In this document: positions 29,880 to 40,750 of the stretch, one piece after another
Layout of the letters: each line of letters starts with the position of its first letter
Position numbering within the stretch: position 1 is the first letter of the stretch
Assembly: GCA_910576795.1 (NCBI GenBank)
Contig: CAJTIX010000003.1
Coordinates: 31,026 to 95,025 of the forward strand
Direction: 5' to 3'
Origin: an uncultured Bacilli bacterium
Lineage (GTDB): Bacteria; Bacillota_I; Bacilli_A; RF39; UBA660
DNA length: 64,000 nucleotides
Made by a program: the position numbers and the translations under genes
Notes under the pieces: generated by a model
What the model was told of the DNA's origin: nothing
Seen by the model: only the letters and a program-made list of their open reading frames with translations
The model's database searches: none

Positions 29880-30794
29880 ATGTCATTTACAAGTATTGTC
29901 AAAAATGAAGTGAGTAAATTAGAAACAATCGAATCTGAAAATATAACAGAATTATCTGCAATTATAAGAAATATAGGAATCGTAAATGACACCATTCAAA
30001 TTTCTACCGAAAATGCATCAGTTGCTAGAAGAATTTATTCATTATTAAAAGATAGTTATCATATTCAGCCAGTTGTTACAGTAAGACGAGGTTATAATTT
30101 TAATAAAAACTATATTTATATCTTAGTTGTAAAACATAAAGTATCTTCTATTTTAGAAGACTTATCCTATCAATTTGAAAATAAACCCAATATTCCAAAA
30201 GAATACATTTACAGTGATGAAAATTTAGTTCAATCCTATCTAAGGGGTCTTTTCCTAGGTACAGGAAGTATTAACGATCCTAAAAAATCAAGATATCATT
30301 TAGAATTTTTAGTAGATGATATGGAATATGCGAAATTTATTTCTAAACTACTGAATAATTATGAACTCAATAGTAAAGTATTAAAAAGAGATAATAAATA
30401 TATGATATATATGAAAGAAGCAGAAAAGATAGGAGATTTCTTAAGAATTATGAGAGCCAATAATTCATTATTTTATTATGAAGATATTCGAATTTATAGA
30501 GACCATAAAAATATGACCAATCGGCTCAATAATTGTGAACAAGCCAATGTTGAAAAAGTTATTGCGACCGCAAATTCACAATTACAAGACATTGAAATTA
30601 TAGAGAACTTTGGTTCACTCGACCTTTTAGATGAAAAAACCAAAGAAGCTGCAATCTATCGTAAAAAATATCCAGAAGTATCACTAACCGAACTAAGCGA
30701 AATTATTAGTGTAGAAACAGGAAAACCTATTACAAAATCTGGATTGCATCATCGAATGAATAAAATTAAACAATTGGCTTCCAAAATGAAATAG
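29880..30794 (+). CDS. whiA: sporulation/cell-division transcriptional regulator WhiA
   Basis: 304 aa with a LAGLIDADG-like N-domain and a C-terminal HTH. Placement after trxB mirrors the Firmicute locus. Confidence 0.85.
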   Translation: MSFTSIVKNEVSKLETIESENITELSAIIRNIGIVNDTIQISTENASVARRIYSLLKDSYHIQPVVTVRRGYNFNKNYIYILVVKHKVSSILEDLSYQFENKPNIPKEYIYSDENLVQSYLRGLFLGTGSINDPKKSRYHLEFLVDDMEYAKFISKLLNNYELNSKVLKRDNKYMIYMKEAEKIGDFLRIMRANNSLFYYEDIRIYRDHKNMTNRLNNCEQANVEKVIATANSQLQDIEIIENFGSLDLLDEKTKEAAIYRKKYPEVSLTELSEIISVETGKPITKSGLHHRMNKIKQLASKMK

Positions 30795-30869
30795 ACGAAA
30801 GTCTTTTTTATATACATAAACTTTAGACAAGTGAGTCAATTTATAGTATAATGAATATTGAGGTGGATT

Positions 30870-31838
30870 ATGACAGAGATACAAAAAGAAATAATAAAAC
30901 AAATAGAACAACATGAACATTTTCTCATAATCGCTCATAAATCCATTGACTTAGATGCATTTGGATCAGCATTATGTATGTATCAATTAATAAATTCTTA
31001 TGGAAAAACCGCTTCCATTTTAATAGCTGATAAACAAAAAAATATTTCCGTTCAAAAAAGTATGCAACTATTAATAGAAAAAGAAATTGATATAAATTAT
31101 ACAAAAAAAGAAGATATAAATACATATTCAACGGATACATTACTGATTATATTAGATACCAATAAAAAAGAATTATTAGAATATCCTGAGATTTTGAATC
31201 AAATTTCCAATCATATTATAATAGACCATCATATCGAAAGTGAAAATACCATTGAAACTTCCCTTGTCAAGTATATTGACAATCATGTGTCCAGTACAGC
31301 AGAGATGGTAACAGAAATTTTAAAAACAACCAACAAATCCATTCCAGGCGAAATCGCAACCATATTACTTGCAGGAATCATAGTAGATACCAATAATTTC
31401 AATATCAAAACAACAGATAAAACATTTGAAACTGCTGCTTATTTAATGACGTTAGGAGCAGATAATATTGAGAAACAACAACTTCTAAAAGAGAATAAAG
31501 AAAACTATGTAGCAAGACAGGATTTTATCAAAAATAGTCATATGATAAATGAAAATATCGCACTTTGCATTATGGACAATCAGATTCATCCAAACCATGA
31601 ATTAGCTTTGATTGCTGAAGATTTACTAGAATTAGATACAGTAGAAGCATCCTTTGTAATTGGATTTATTGGAAAAAGATTGGTTGGAATCAGCGCGAGA
31701 TCAGTAGGAAAAATAGATGTCGAAATGTACATGAGAGCTTTAGGTGGTGGAGGGAACAAAACAGACGCCGCTTGTGCTATCAAAGCAGGAAATTTATATA
31801 AAGTAAAAAAACAATTATTAAAATTAATACAGGAATAA
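30870..31838 (+). CDS. DHH/DHHA1 family phosphoesterase (NrnA-like or GdpP catalytic-domain-like)
   Basis: DHH motifs (IIAHKSIDLDAFGS, IIDHH) and a DHHA1 glycine-rich motif GGGGNK. Lies directly upstream of rplI-dnaB, where Bacillus has gdpP(yybT). The PAS/GGDEF/TM part is absent. Confidence 0.7.
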   Translation: MTEIQKEIIKQIEQHEHFLIIAHKSIDLDAFGSALCMYQLINSYGKTASILIADKQKNISVQKSMQLLIEKEIDINYTKKEDINTYSTDTLLIILDTNKKELLEYPEILNQISNHIIIDHHIESENTIETSLVKYIDNHVSSTAEMVTEILKTTNKSIPGEIATILLAGIIVDTNNFNIKTTDKTFETAAYLMTLGADNIEKQQLLKENKENYVARQDFIKNSHMINENIALCIMDNQIHPNHELALIAEDLLELDTVEASFVIGFIGKRLVGISARSVGKIDVEMYMRALGGGGNKTDAACAIKAGNLYKVKKQLLKLIQE

Positions 31839-31847
31839 GGTGATAAA

Positions 31848-32294
31848 ATGAAAGTTATTTTTCTAAAAGATGTGAAAGGACAAGGAAAAAAGAATGAAAT
31901 CAAAGAAGTAACAGATGGATATGCAATGAATTTTTTAGTCAAAAAAGGATTTGCTGTACCTGCTACACAAATAAATTTAAATAAATTAAATCGCTCCTTA
32001 TCAGAAGCTGCATTAGAAGAATCATTACGAATAAAAGATATGAAAGATTTAAAAAAAGAACTTGAAAAACAGACAATCACATTCACAGCACAGACAGGAA
32101 ATCAAGATAAGATGTTTGGTCAAATTTCTAGTAAACAAATCCAAAAAGAACTCCAAAAATTAGGATATACAATTGATAAAACAAAAATTATGATGGATCA
32201 TCCTATTATGAGTTTAGGAATGCATCAAGTAGAAGTGGAACTACACAAAGAAGTGAAGGCCACATTAAATATTAAAGTCGTAAAAGAAAGCTAG
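31848..32294 (+). CDS. rplI: 50S ribosomal protein L9
   Basis: 148 aa starting [21 protein letters not shown]. Confidence 0.9.
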   Translation: MKVIFLKDVKGQGKKNEIKEVTDGYAMNFLVKKGFAVPATQINLNKLNRSLSEAALEESLRIKDMKDLKKELEKQTITFTAQTGNQDKMFGQISSKQIQKELQKLGYTIDKTKIMMDHPIMSLGMHQVEVELHKEVKATLNIKVVKES

Positions 32295-32302
32295 GTGAAA
32301 TT

Positions 32303-33643
32303 ATGGAGAAAATAATACCCCATAATTTGGTTGCAGAACAATCCGTATTGGGTTCTATGTTTTTATCTAAATATGCATTACAAAAATGTATAGAAGGACT
32401 TACAAGCGATCAATTTTATTCTGATGCCCATGGTAAAATATTTAGTGTTATTGCAAGTTTATCAGAAAATGGAAGTGCGATTGATCTTACAACGGTAACT
32501 GCAGAATTAGATAAAAGAAAAGAATTAAAACAAATCGGAGGAGTGGCATATCTAAGTGAAATCGCTTCCTTAGTACCAAGTGCTGCAAATGTAGATGAAT
32601 ATATTAAAATTGTAGAAGAAAAAGCAATATTAAGAAGATTAATTGATTCTGCAACCGAAATTGCAACCGATGGATATCAATCCACAGAAGACATTAGCGA
32701 TATCTTGGATCGCGCAGAAAAAAAGATATTGAATGTAGTCAAAACAAGAAAAGGAACAGAATTTAGAACCATTCAAGATGTGTTGTTTAAAACACAAGCA
32801 GATTTAGAAAAACTTTCTCAAAATCGAGGAGAAATAACAGGACTTGCAACTGGATTTTATGATTTAGATAAGATTACATCTGGTTTACATCCAAATGAGT
32901 TAATTATTATAGCAGCACGTCCTGCTATGGGAAAAACCGCTTTTGCACTTAACTTAGCAACTAATATTGCTATGAATAACAAAAAAACAGTCGCTTTGTT
33001 TAACATGGAAATGGGCGCAGAACAACTAGCAACTCGTATGTTATCTTCAGTAGGACAAATTGAACTTGGCAAGCTCATTAGTGGAAGGTTAGAGCACAAT
33101 GATTGGAAACGTGTAAATGAAGCAATCAGTCGTCTAGCAGACACCAAAATTTTTATCGATGACACCCCTGGTATGACAATATCAGAAATAAGAGCAAAAT
33201 GTCGTAGACTCGCAAGTTCTAATGATGGACTAGATATTGTGATTATTGACTACTTGCAGTTAATTAGTGGTGGTACCAAATATGCAGGAAATCGACAACA
33301 AGAAATCGCTGAAATATCTCGTTCCTTAAAAACATTGGCTATGGAATTAGAAATTCCTGTAATTGCATTAGCGCAACTTTCCCGTAGTGTTGAAGGTAGA
33401 GACGACAAGCGTCCTATTTTAAGTGACTTAAGAGAATCTGGTTCTATTGAACAAGATGCAGATATTGTAGCATTCCTATATCGTGATGACTACTACAATA
33501 AAGAGGCTGCCATTGATGAATATACAAGTAAGAGTGAATTCATTATTGGAAAACACCGTAATGGACCAACAACAACCATTGAACTTATTTTTAGAAGAAA
33601 TAAAGCAACATTTGTAAATTTTATTGATAAACAAGAAGATTAG
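32303..33643 (+). CDS. dnaB: replicative DNA helicase (DnaB family; DnaC in Bacillus nomenclature)
   Basis: 446 aa. Walker A ARPAMGKTAF and a RecA-like C-terminal domain. Follows rplI. Confidence 0.9.
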   Translation: MEKIIPHNLVAEQSVLGSMFLSKYALQKCIEGLTSDQFYSDAHGKIFSVIASLSENGSAIDLTTVTAELDKRKELKQIGGVAYLSEIASLVPSAANVDEYIKIVEEKAILRRLIDSATEIATDGYQSTEDISDILDRAEKKILNVVKTRKGTEFRTIQDVLFKTQADLEKLSQNRGEITGLATGFYDLDKITSGLHPNELIIIAARPAMGKTAFALNLATNIAMNNKKTVALFNMEMGAEQLATRMLSSVGQIELGKLISGRLEHNDWKRVNEAISRLADTKIFIDDTPGMTISEIRAKCRRLASSNDGLDIVIIDYLQLISGGTKYAGNRQQEIAEISRSLKTLAMELEIPVIALAQLSRSVEGRDDKRPILSDLRESGSIEQDADIVAFLYRDDYYNKEAAIDEYTSKSEFIIGKHRNGPTTTIELIFRRNKATFVNFIDKQED

Positions 33644-33651
33644 GTGATTTT

Positions 33652-35130
33652 GTGAAAAAAAATATGTTAACCATTATCATTGTGTTTATGAGTATCATTA
33701 TTTTCCTCTTGGGTTTTAACTATAAACAGAAACAAGACCCAAATACTTTTTATAAAGTATACTTGAAGGATGAAATAATTGGTGTGATCTCATCTAAAAA
33801 GAAATTGGAAGATTATATCAATAAACAAAATATATCTTATAAAGAAAAATATAATGTAACGTCTGTCAATGTTCCAGAAGGACTGGAAATTAAGAAATTA
33901 ACAACATACTCAGATCAAATTGATCGAATAGAAGATGTATATGAAAAATTGGTCAATAAGGAAGCATTTACAGTACCAGGATATCAATTTACATTGCGTA
34001 AAGAAGACCGTGTTATTACTGTCTATGTAACGGGTAAAGAAATATTTGATGAGGCTGTAAAAACAACCATGAAAACCTTTGTTGGAACAGAAGATTATAC
34101 AACATATAATGAAACAGTTCAAAATGAAATTGTAACAACTGGTAAAATTATTGAAGATATTTATGTAGAAGAATCGATAACGACGAAAAAGACCAACATT
34201 CCTGTCACTGAAAAAATTTATACCAGTGCAGAAGAACTTTCACAGTTTTTAGTATTTGGTCAAGATCCAAAAAAAGAAACATATATAGTGAAAGTTGGAG
34301 ACACTATTACAGATATTGCCTATAATCATCAAATTAGTGTGGAGGAATTTCTAATATCCAATTCCAACTTTACAAGTGAAAAAAATTTGCTTTTTCCAGG
34401 ACAAGAAGTAGTAATTGAAATGACAAATCCTCAAATATCAGTTGCGATTGAAACATATATGGTTGAAGATCAAGAAGCGCATTATCAAACTAATTATGAA
34501 TATGACAATGATGCACCACTTGGTTATGACAAAGTCATTCAAGCTGGAGAAAATGGATTAGAACGTGTCAGCAGTAAAGTAAAAGTAGTCAATGGTGTTA
34601 CCAATTATATTAATTTGGTTTCCAAAGAAGAATTAAAACCTGTTGTAAACGAAATTGTATTAAAAGGAACGAAATATGAAAGTGGTGTAGGTAGTCCAAA
34701 CAATTGGTATTGGCCTACTGTAAGTGGATGGAATATTTCCTCTAATTATGGATATCGAATCAGTCCAATTACAGGTAGACGTGAACTTCACTCTGGAATG
34801 GATATCGCAGGTATTGGCTGTGGTTCTGAAATTAGAGCAGTAACCAATGGAAAAGTAATTGAAGCAAAATATCATTACATCAATGGTAATTATGTATGTA
34901 TAGACCATAGTTATGGAGAATATACATGTTATAATCATATGTCAAGGATTGCTGTAAAAGCTGGAGATATTGTAAGTCGTGGACAAGTCATCGGATATAC
35001 AGGGGATACTGGGTATGCAACCGCATGTCATCTCCATTTAGAAGTATGGAAAAGTTATCCATGGAAAACCAGTGCGTTAAATGGAACCTTTAATCCTAGA
35101 ATAAGATTTCCAGGGGTATTTGGGCGATGA
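33652..35130 (+). CDS. membrane-anchored M23 metallopeptidase with LysM and G5-like domains
   Basis: N-terminal TM segment; LysM (DTITDIAYNHQISVEEF); C-terminal M23 motifs HSGMDIAG and HLHLEV. Confidence 0.75.
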   Translation: MKKNMLTIIIVFMSIIIFLLGFNYKQKQDPNTFYKVYLKDEIIGVISSKKKLEDYINKQNISYKEKYNVTSVNVPEGLEIKKLTTYSDQIDRIEDVYEKLVNKEAFTVPGYQFTLRKEDRVITVYVTGKEIFDEAVKTTMKTFVGTEDYTTYNETVQNEIVTTGKIIEDIYVEESITTKKTNIPVTEKIYTSAEELSQFLVFGQDPKKETYIVKVGDTITDIAYNHQISVEEFLISNSNFTSEKNLLFPGQEVVIEMTNPQISVAIETYMVEDQEAHYQTNYEYDNDAPLGYDKVIQAGENGLERVSSKVKVVNGVTNYINLVSKEELKPVVNEIVLKGTKYESGVGSPNNWYWPTVSGWNISSNYGYRISPITGRRELHSGMDIAGIGCGSEIRAVTNGKVIEAKYHYINGNYVCIDHSYGEYTCYNHMSRIAVKAGDIVSRGQVIGYTGDTGYATACHLHLEVWKSYPWKTSALNGTFNPRIRFPGVFGR

Positions 35131-35891
35131 AAGTATGCGTACTAGCAAGTGGAAGTAAGGGGAATGCAACATATATTGCTTCTCCTACCACTTCTTTATT
35201 AATTGACTTAGGTCCAAGTTGTGCATATGTAGAAAAACAATTACAAGAAATTGATGTAGATCCAAATCAAATAGAAGGAATATTAATTACCCATACACAT
35301 GTGGATCATATTGGTGGATTACGTGTCTTTATCAAAAAATATAATCCTATTATTTACTTGACTAAAAAAATGTATGAAGAGTTAAGTACAATGTTACTGA
35401 TCTCTAACTACCAATTGATTGAATCTGATTTTATGCTTCATGATATTGCAATTAAAATAATCAAAACATCACATGATGTTGCGGATTCCAATGGATATAT
35501 ATTGGAACATAATGGTAAATCAGTTGTTTATATTACTGATACAGGTTATATCAATTATAAAAATCACAAAAGACTACAAAACAAAAGTTTATATATAATG
35601 GAGAGTAATCATGATGTAGAAATGCTAATGAATGGAAAATATCCATATCATGTAAAACAAAGAATATTAGGAGATAGAGGACATCTATCCAATCAAGACT
35701 CTGCTTACTATTTATCTCATTTTATTGGAAATGAAACAAAGTATATTGTTCTCGCGCATTTAAGCGAAGATAATAACACGAGAGAGCTTGCTCTTTCTAC
35801 TTTAGAAGAAGCATTAAGAAAAGAAAATCAAATAATTGAACATATTGTAGTTGCAACACAAAAGGATAGGACGGAATTATTAGAAGTATGA
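35127..35891 (+). CDS. MBL-fold metallo-hydrolase, YycJ/WalJ-like
   Basis: HTHVDHIGG motif. Followed by rlmH as yycJ-yydA in Bacillus, but no walRK is adjacent. Confidence 0.7.
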   Translation: MKVCVLASGSKGNATYIASPTTSLLIDLGPSCAYVEKQLQEIDVDPNQIEGILITHTHVDHIGGLRVFIKKYNPIIYLTKKMYEELSTMLLISNYQLIESDFMLHDIAIKIIKTSHDVADSNGYILEHNGKSVVYITDTGYINYKNHKRLQNKSLYIMESNHDVEMLMNGKYPYHVKQRILGDRGHLSNQDSAYYLSHFIGNETKYIVLAHLSEDNNTRELALSTLEEALRKENQIIEHIVVATQKDRTELLEV

Positions 35892-36343
35892 TGAGAATTA
35901 TTTGTGTTGGAAAAATAAAAGAAAACTATTTGAAAGAAGCAATTGCAGAATATCAAAAAAGACTTAGTAAATATACCAAAATAGAGATAATAGAAGTACC
36001 AGATAGTACAGGGGATAACATTGATAGAATACTTTCTATTGAAAAAGAAAAAATAGAAAATTACATTCATGAAAAGGATTATGTAATTACGTTAGAAATT
36101 GATGGTAAAATGATGGATTCCATTACATTGTCTCAAACATTAGATCAAATTATGCAACATCATGGAAATATTACATTTATTATAGGTGGTTCCTATGGAT
36201 TAGAAGAGTCCATCAAAAAAAGAGCAGATTTAGCTCTATCATTTTCTAAATTGACTTTTCCACATCAGTTGTTTAGAGTACTATTATTAGAACAAATTTA
36301 TCGATCTTATCGTATTCTAAATCATGAATCATATCATAAATAA
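35888..36343 (+). CDS. rlmH: 23S rRNA (pseudouridine1915-N3)-methyltransferase RlmH
   Basis: 151 aa. SPOUT family, N-terminus MRIICVGKIKENY. Confidence 0.85.
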   Translation: MMRIICVGKIKENYLKEAIAEYQKRLSKYTKIEIIEVPDSTGDNIDRILSIEKEKIENYIHEKDYVITLEIDGKMMDSITLSQTLDQIMQHHGNITFIIGGSYGLEESIKKRADLALSFSKLTFPHQLFRVLLLEQIYRSYRILNHESYHK

Positions 36344-36411
36344 TATTAAAAAATAGATAAAATTCTATTTTTTTGTATAAATAGAAATATTTTGTACATC
36401 AAAAAATAGAG

Positions 36412-36945
36412 GTGGACAAAATGAAAAAAATAATGATTGTCATATTTATATTCTTTTTATACAGTATGTTGACAGGAGCAAAAACATCTGCAAGTCTTAT
36501 TCCAGAAGAAGCAATACGATTTCGAGTAATACCAAATAGTAATACAGAAGAAGATCAAGCAATCAAAATAAAAGTCAGAGATGAACTACAAGCAGAATTA
36601 TACAATCTTCTAAAAGATACGAAGGGAATTGAAGATGCAAGAGAAAAAATAAGTGGAGAACTAGATCAAATTAACCAGAACATTGAGAATATTCTAACTA
36701 GTGAAAGTTATCATAAGGGCTATCAAGTATCATTTGGAAGAAATTATTTTCCAGAAAAAACATATAAAGGAATTGTATATGACGCTGGATATTATGAATC
36801 TTTAGTTGTTACCTTAGGAAAAGGTGAAGGAGACAATTGGTGGTGTGTTCTCTTTCCACCTTTATGCTTACTAGAAGCAGATGAAAGTGAAGAAGAAGTG
36901 GAATACAAATTTTTCTTGAAAGAATTAATTGACAAATATCTATAA
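36412..36945 (+). CDS. spoIIR: stage II sporulation protein R
   Basis: 177 aa secreted protein. IRFRVIPNSNTEEDQAIKIKVRD and GEGDNWWCVLFPPLC match conserved SpoIIR blocks. Confidence 0.7.
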   Translation: MDKMKKIMIVIFIFFLYSMLTGAKTSASLIPEEAIRFRVIPNSNTEEDQAIKIKVRDELQAELYNLLKDTKGIEDAREKISGELDQINQNIENILTSESYHKGYQVSFGRNYFPEKTYKGIVYDAGYYESLVVTLGKGEGDNWWCVLFPPLCLLEADESEEEVEYKFFLKELIDKYL

Positions 36946-36997
36946 AAAAATCATAAATGGATAACCTCTCAAGTAAAATACTTTAGGAGGTTTTTTT

Positions 36998-37528
36998 ATG
37001 TCAATTGTGATGGTGATGATTATAGCAGTCAGTTTAAGTATGGATGCATTTTCCCTTTCGTTAGCATATGGCACTTTAAATATGGAAAAACAAGAAATGA
37101 AATTACTGTCTATCATTGTTGGGATTTACCATTTCTTTATGCCATTAATTGGAATGTGGATTGGTAACAAAATATTATCTTTTCTTCCGATTCAACCTAG
37201 TACCGTTGTTTTTATTGTACTACTAGTAATTGGAATTCAGATGATTATTGAATCATTTAAACAAACACGGGAAGTAAGTTTGATGAAATTCAGTGAACTT
37301 TTGATTTTTGGTTTAGCAGTCAGTATTGATAGTTTTTCGGTGGGACTTAGTTTGCGTGCTATATACGATAATCCATTTATTTGTGCTTTTATCTTTTCAA
37401 TATCTAGTTTTTTATTTACATATTTGGGTCTTTACCTTGGCAAACGGATTAATGATATAGTAGGACATATTTCTACAAGAATTGGTGGTATTGCTCTTAT
37501 CATAATTGGATTTTTCTATTTTATTTGA
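36998..37528 (+). CDS. MntP/YtaF family (DUF204) membrane protein, putative Mn efflux pump or sporulation protein YtaF
   Basis: 176 aa with six TM segments and two SxDAF/SxDSF repeats (SLSMDAFSLSLAYG, AVSIDSFSVGLS). Confidence 0.65.
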   Translation: MSIVMVMIIAVSLSMDAFSLSLAYGTLNMEKQEMKLLSIIVGIYHFFMPLIGMWIGNKILSFLPIQPSTVVFIVLLVIGIQMIIESFKQTREVSLMKFSELLIFGLAVSIDSFSVGLSLRAIYDNPFICAFIFSISSFLFTYLGLYLGKRINDIVGHISTRIGGIALIIIGFFYFI

Positions 37529-37662
37529 AATATGATAAAATGAGAATAGTAAAATTGCCTTTTTTAGAAAAACATATTATAATGTTAAAAGTGATTATAT
37601 TTCATAATATTAGGTAGTAACAACAATGCTTAATATTTCATAAAATATGACAGGAGGAAACT

Positions 37663-38916
37663 ATGAAACGAATCAAAATAGAAGGTGGACATATATTAAG
37701 CGGAGAAGTTGCTATTAGTGGAGCAAAAAACAGTGCAGTTGCACTCATTCCTGCTTCTATTCTATCAGATGGAATTGTTCGAATTCATAATATTCCAAAT
37801 ATATCTGATATTGATGCTTTAAATGAAATACTAAATTATTTGGGAGCACAAGTTTCACGAGAAAACGATTATATGGAAATTGATGCTTCACAAATTGAAA
37901 ATAAAGAGATTCCAGAAAATATTTCTAAAAAATTACGTGCATCTTACTATTTTATGTCTGCCTTACTTGGAAAATTTAAAAGAGTAGAAATGTATTTTCC
38001 AGGCGGTTGTTCCATTGGAGCAAGACCGATTGATCAAACATTAAAAGCATTTGAAATTTTGGGAGCAAAAGTAGTAGAAGATAATAATCGTTTCACTATA
38101 ACAGCTGATCATTTGATCGGTGGAAATATATATCTAGATATGCCAAGTGTAGGCGCAACCATTAATGCGATGTTAGTCGCAACCAAAGCAGATGGAATAA
38201 CCACTATTGAAAATGCTGCCAAAGAACCTGAAATTGTAAGTGTTGCAACATTTCTAAATAATATGGGTGCTAAAATTACAGGAGCAGGAACGAGTTCTAT
38301 TACAATTGAAGGGGTAGAAAAACTAAGTGGATGCTTTACAGAGGTGATACCAGATCGAATCGAAGCGGGGACCTATTTATTAGCAGGAGCACTCATTGGA
38401 GAGAATTTAACAATTACAAATATGATTCCAAAACATATTGAAGCACTTACCAATAAATTAAAAGAAATCGGATATCCCCTCACAATTGGGTCTGATTTCA
38501 TTACCATATCTCGTATTCAACACAAAAAACCAGTCCATATTAAAACCTTAGGGTATCCTGGTTTTGCAACTGACCTTCAACAGCCAATTACAGTGTTATT
38601 GACACAATGTAATGGAGAGTCTATTTTAGAAGAAACTATCTATGAAAATCGGTTTCAAAATGTTGAACATCTAAATAATATGGGTGCAAATATCCAAATA
38701 AAAGGAAGTTGTATTTATGTTAAAGGAACAACTTCGCTCTATGGAACCGAAGTGGAAGCAACTGATTTACGTGCTGGAGCTTGTATGGTATTAGCTGCTT
38801 TGGTTGCAGAAGGAACGACAAGTATTACTTCGATTGAACATGTGTTAAGAGGGTACGAAAACATTATTCAAAAACTAGAATCTATAGGTGCTAAAATCGA
38901 ATTAGAAGAAATATAA
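37663..38916 (+). CDS. murA: UDP-N-acetylglucosamine 1-carboxyvinyltransferase
   Basis: 417 aa EPSP-synthase fold with the active-site Cys region (PGGCSIGARPID). Confidence 0.9.
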   Translation: MKRIKIEGGHILSGEVAISGAKNSAVALIPASILSDGIVRIHNIPNISDIDALNEILNYLGAQVSRENDYMEIDASQIENKEIPENISKKLRASYYFMSALLGKFKRVEMYFPGGCSIGARPIDQTLKAFEILGAKVVEDNNRFTITADHLIGGNIYLDMPSVGATINAMLVATKADGITTIENAAKEPEIVSVATFLNNMGAKITGAGTSSITIEGVEKLSGCFTEVIPDRIEAGTYLLAGALIGENLTITNMIPKHIEALTNKLKEIGYPLTIGSDFITISRIQHKKPVHIKTLGYPGFATDLQQPITVLLTQCNGESILEETIYENRFQNVEHLNNMGANIQIKGSCIYVKGTTSLYGTEVEATDLRAGACMVLAALVAEGTTSITSIEHVLRGYENIIQKLESIGAKIELEEI

Positions 38917-38958
38917 TAAAAGTAGAGACATTCTACTTTTTTATTGGAGGGATTTTTT

Positions 38959-39636
38959 ATGAAATGGAAAGCAGTTCTTTTTCTAGCTTTTGTCTTTTTA
39001 ATGGTATTTGTCATTTATTTGACAACACTCGACCGAAAAGTATATTATCTAAATTTAGGGGATGAAGTCGCTCTTACAGAGGATAATTATGGGCAGTGGA
39101 TTCGTGATTATTTAAAATTCAAAGGAAAATTAGAAAAGTATGTATCAGAGTTTTCTGAAGAAGATTATCGCACTACTGATTTGATTCGTGATATTGAAGA
39201 AAATCGAAAAGTCTTCAGTAACAAAAATAATATTGCTTTAAAAAATGCACTGATTAAAGCAGATCTTGTAACATTATCCATTGGTTCAAATGATATCTAT
39301 TATAAAATTACAACTGCTTCCCCTAAAGAAAGTTATGAATACATAGATCAAGTTTTGGTCGATTTAGAAAATTTATTAGAATTGATGAGAGAATATTGTA
39401 AAGAAGATATTATCATGATAAATTACTACAACGTATATCAAGAACAATACAATGAAATTTTTGATTATATGAATGATAAATTAGATGATTTGGCGAATGT
39501 GTATGAAATACAAATAGTAGATATAACTGATATAATGTATGGAAATACAATGGAGAATCGTTTGCCAAGTAGTGAACAGTATGAACAGATTTATAATAGA
39601 ATGAAAAAGATAATAGATGAGCAATTGTTTCAATAA
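38959..39636 (+). CDS. membrane-anchored SGNH/GDSL-like hydrolase family protein
   Basis: N-terminal TM segment, YLNLGDE (block I-like) and LSIGSNDIY (GxND block III). ATG at 38959 is preferred over TTG 38944 for its GGAGGG RBS. Confidence 0.5.
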   Translation: MKWKAVLFLAFVFLMVFVIYLTTLDRKVYYLNLGDEVALTEDNYGQWIRDYLKFKGKLEKYVSEFSEEDYRTTDLIRDIEENRKVFSNKNNIALKNALIKADLVTLSIGSNDIYYKITTASPKESYEYIDQVLVDLENLLELMREYCKEDIIMINYYNVYQEQYNEIFDYMNDKLDDLANVYEIQIVDITDIMYGNTMENRLPSSEQYEQIYNRMKKIIDEQLFQ

Positions 39637-39723
39637 AAGCTTGCATTTTTGAATATTCATTGGTATACTATATAAGAATTAAATTTCTATGGCGAATATT
39701 CGTCATGGCAGGAGGAGATTAAA

Positions 39724-39942
39724 ATGAAAAAAGGAATTCATCCAGAGTATATGGAAACGAAAGTAATTTGTTCTTGTGGAAATACATTTACTGTAAAATC
39801 TAACAAAGAAGAATTACACATTGAAACTTGTGACAAATGTCATCCATTTTATACAGGAGTACAAGGTGCAGTTGCAAAAACTGGACGTGTAGAAAAATTC
39901 AACCGTAAATATGGATTAAATCAAGAAAATAAAGCAGCGTAA
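39724..39942 (+). CDS. rpmE: 50S ribosomal protein L31 (zinc-binding type)
   Basis: 72 aa with CSCG...CDKCHPFY zinc ribbon. A terminator hairpin follows. Confidence 0.9.
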   Translation: MKKGIHPEYMETKVICSCGNTFTVKSNKEELHIETCDKCHPFYTGVQGAVAKTGRVEKFNRKYGLNQENKAA

Positions 39943-40034
39943 GTTGCTTTTTTTGATACTCATGTATCATTGAATAATTGTAATTTGCTAAAATATATAA
40001 ATTAGGATATACTATATAACGCAAAGGGGATGAA

Positions 40035-40724
40035 ATGATGCAAAAAGATGAATACCGATATATAGAATATGAAATGTATCAAAAAACAAAAGATACATTA
40101 TTTCAAACAATTGTAAATGAAGATGTAAATCCAGATCTTAACCATATTGCAAAATTTATTTATGAATTAACATTACAATCACCAAATCATCCAAATTTCT
40201 ATAACAATGTAGGAGACTTAAAACAAAAATATCATATCGATTTCAAAATGAATTATAATACCTGGAGTTATCAAATTACGTATCACAATAATACCTTTTT
40301 ATTTCGTCTACTTTCTCCATTCATTCATGATGCCAAAATGCAAAGGGAATTATTTTCGGAAGATAGAAGAAGTAAATGTCATGAAAGAACAATCGCATTA
40401 TTCTCTCAAAATGTAAAATTGGTAACAGGATATGTCAATGATCTACAATTTCCACATTTAAAAACAATTCATAGTTGGCTGGAACAAACGATTGATCATG
40501 AAGAATATGTAATCGATTACGTGATGAACATGGTAATTTTAAAAAGAGATTACGATCGACTAATGAATGTCGATAAAATCAATGAATTAAAGGATCCTAG
40601 TATTATCGAAACTTATCAACAAACCTTTCTCATTCCTGGAAAACTTTATTGTTTAGCAGGAAATGAAATAGCAGAAGAAATCAAACAAAAAATCTTCACT
40701 AATGACATTTTTTCTAAGATATAG
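40035..40724 (+). CDS. hypothetical protein (229 aa)
   Basis: Intact ORF with an AAAGGGGATG RBS. No motif recognised. Immediately upstream of a FemAB-family gene. Confidence 0.45.
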   Translation: MMQKDEYRYIEYEMYQKTKDTLFQTIVNEDVNPDLNHIAKFIYELTLQSPNHPNFYNNVGDLKQKYHIDFKMNYNTWSYQITYHNNTFLFRLLSPFIHDAKMQRELFSEDRRSKCHERTIALFSQNVKLVTGYVNDLQFPHLKTIHSWLEQTIDHEEYVIDYVMNMVILKRDYDRLMNVDKINELKDPSIIETYQQTFLIPGKLYCLAGNEIAEEIKQKIFTNDIFSKI

Positions 40725-40750
40725 TATAATACTAAACGTAAGGTGATACT

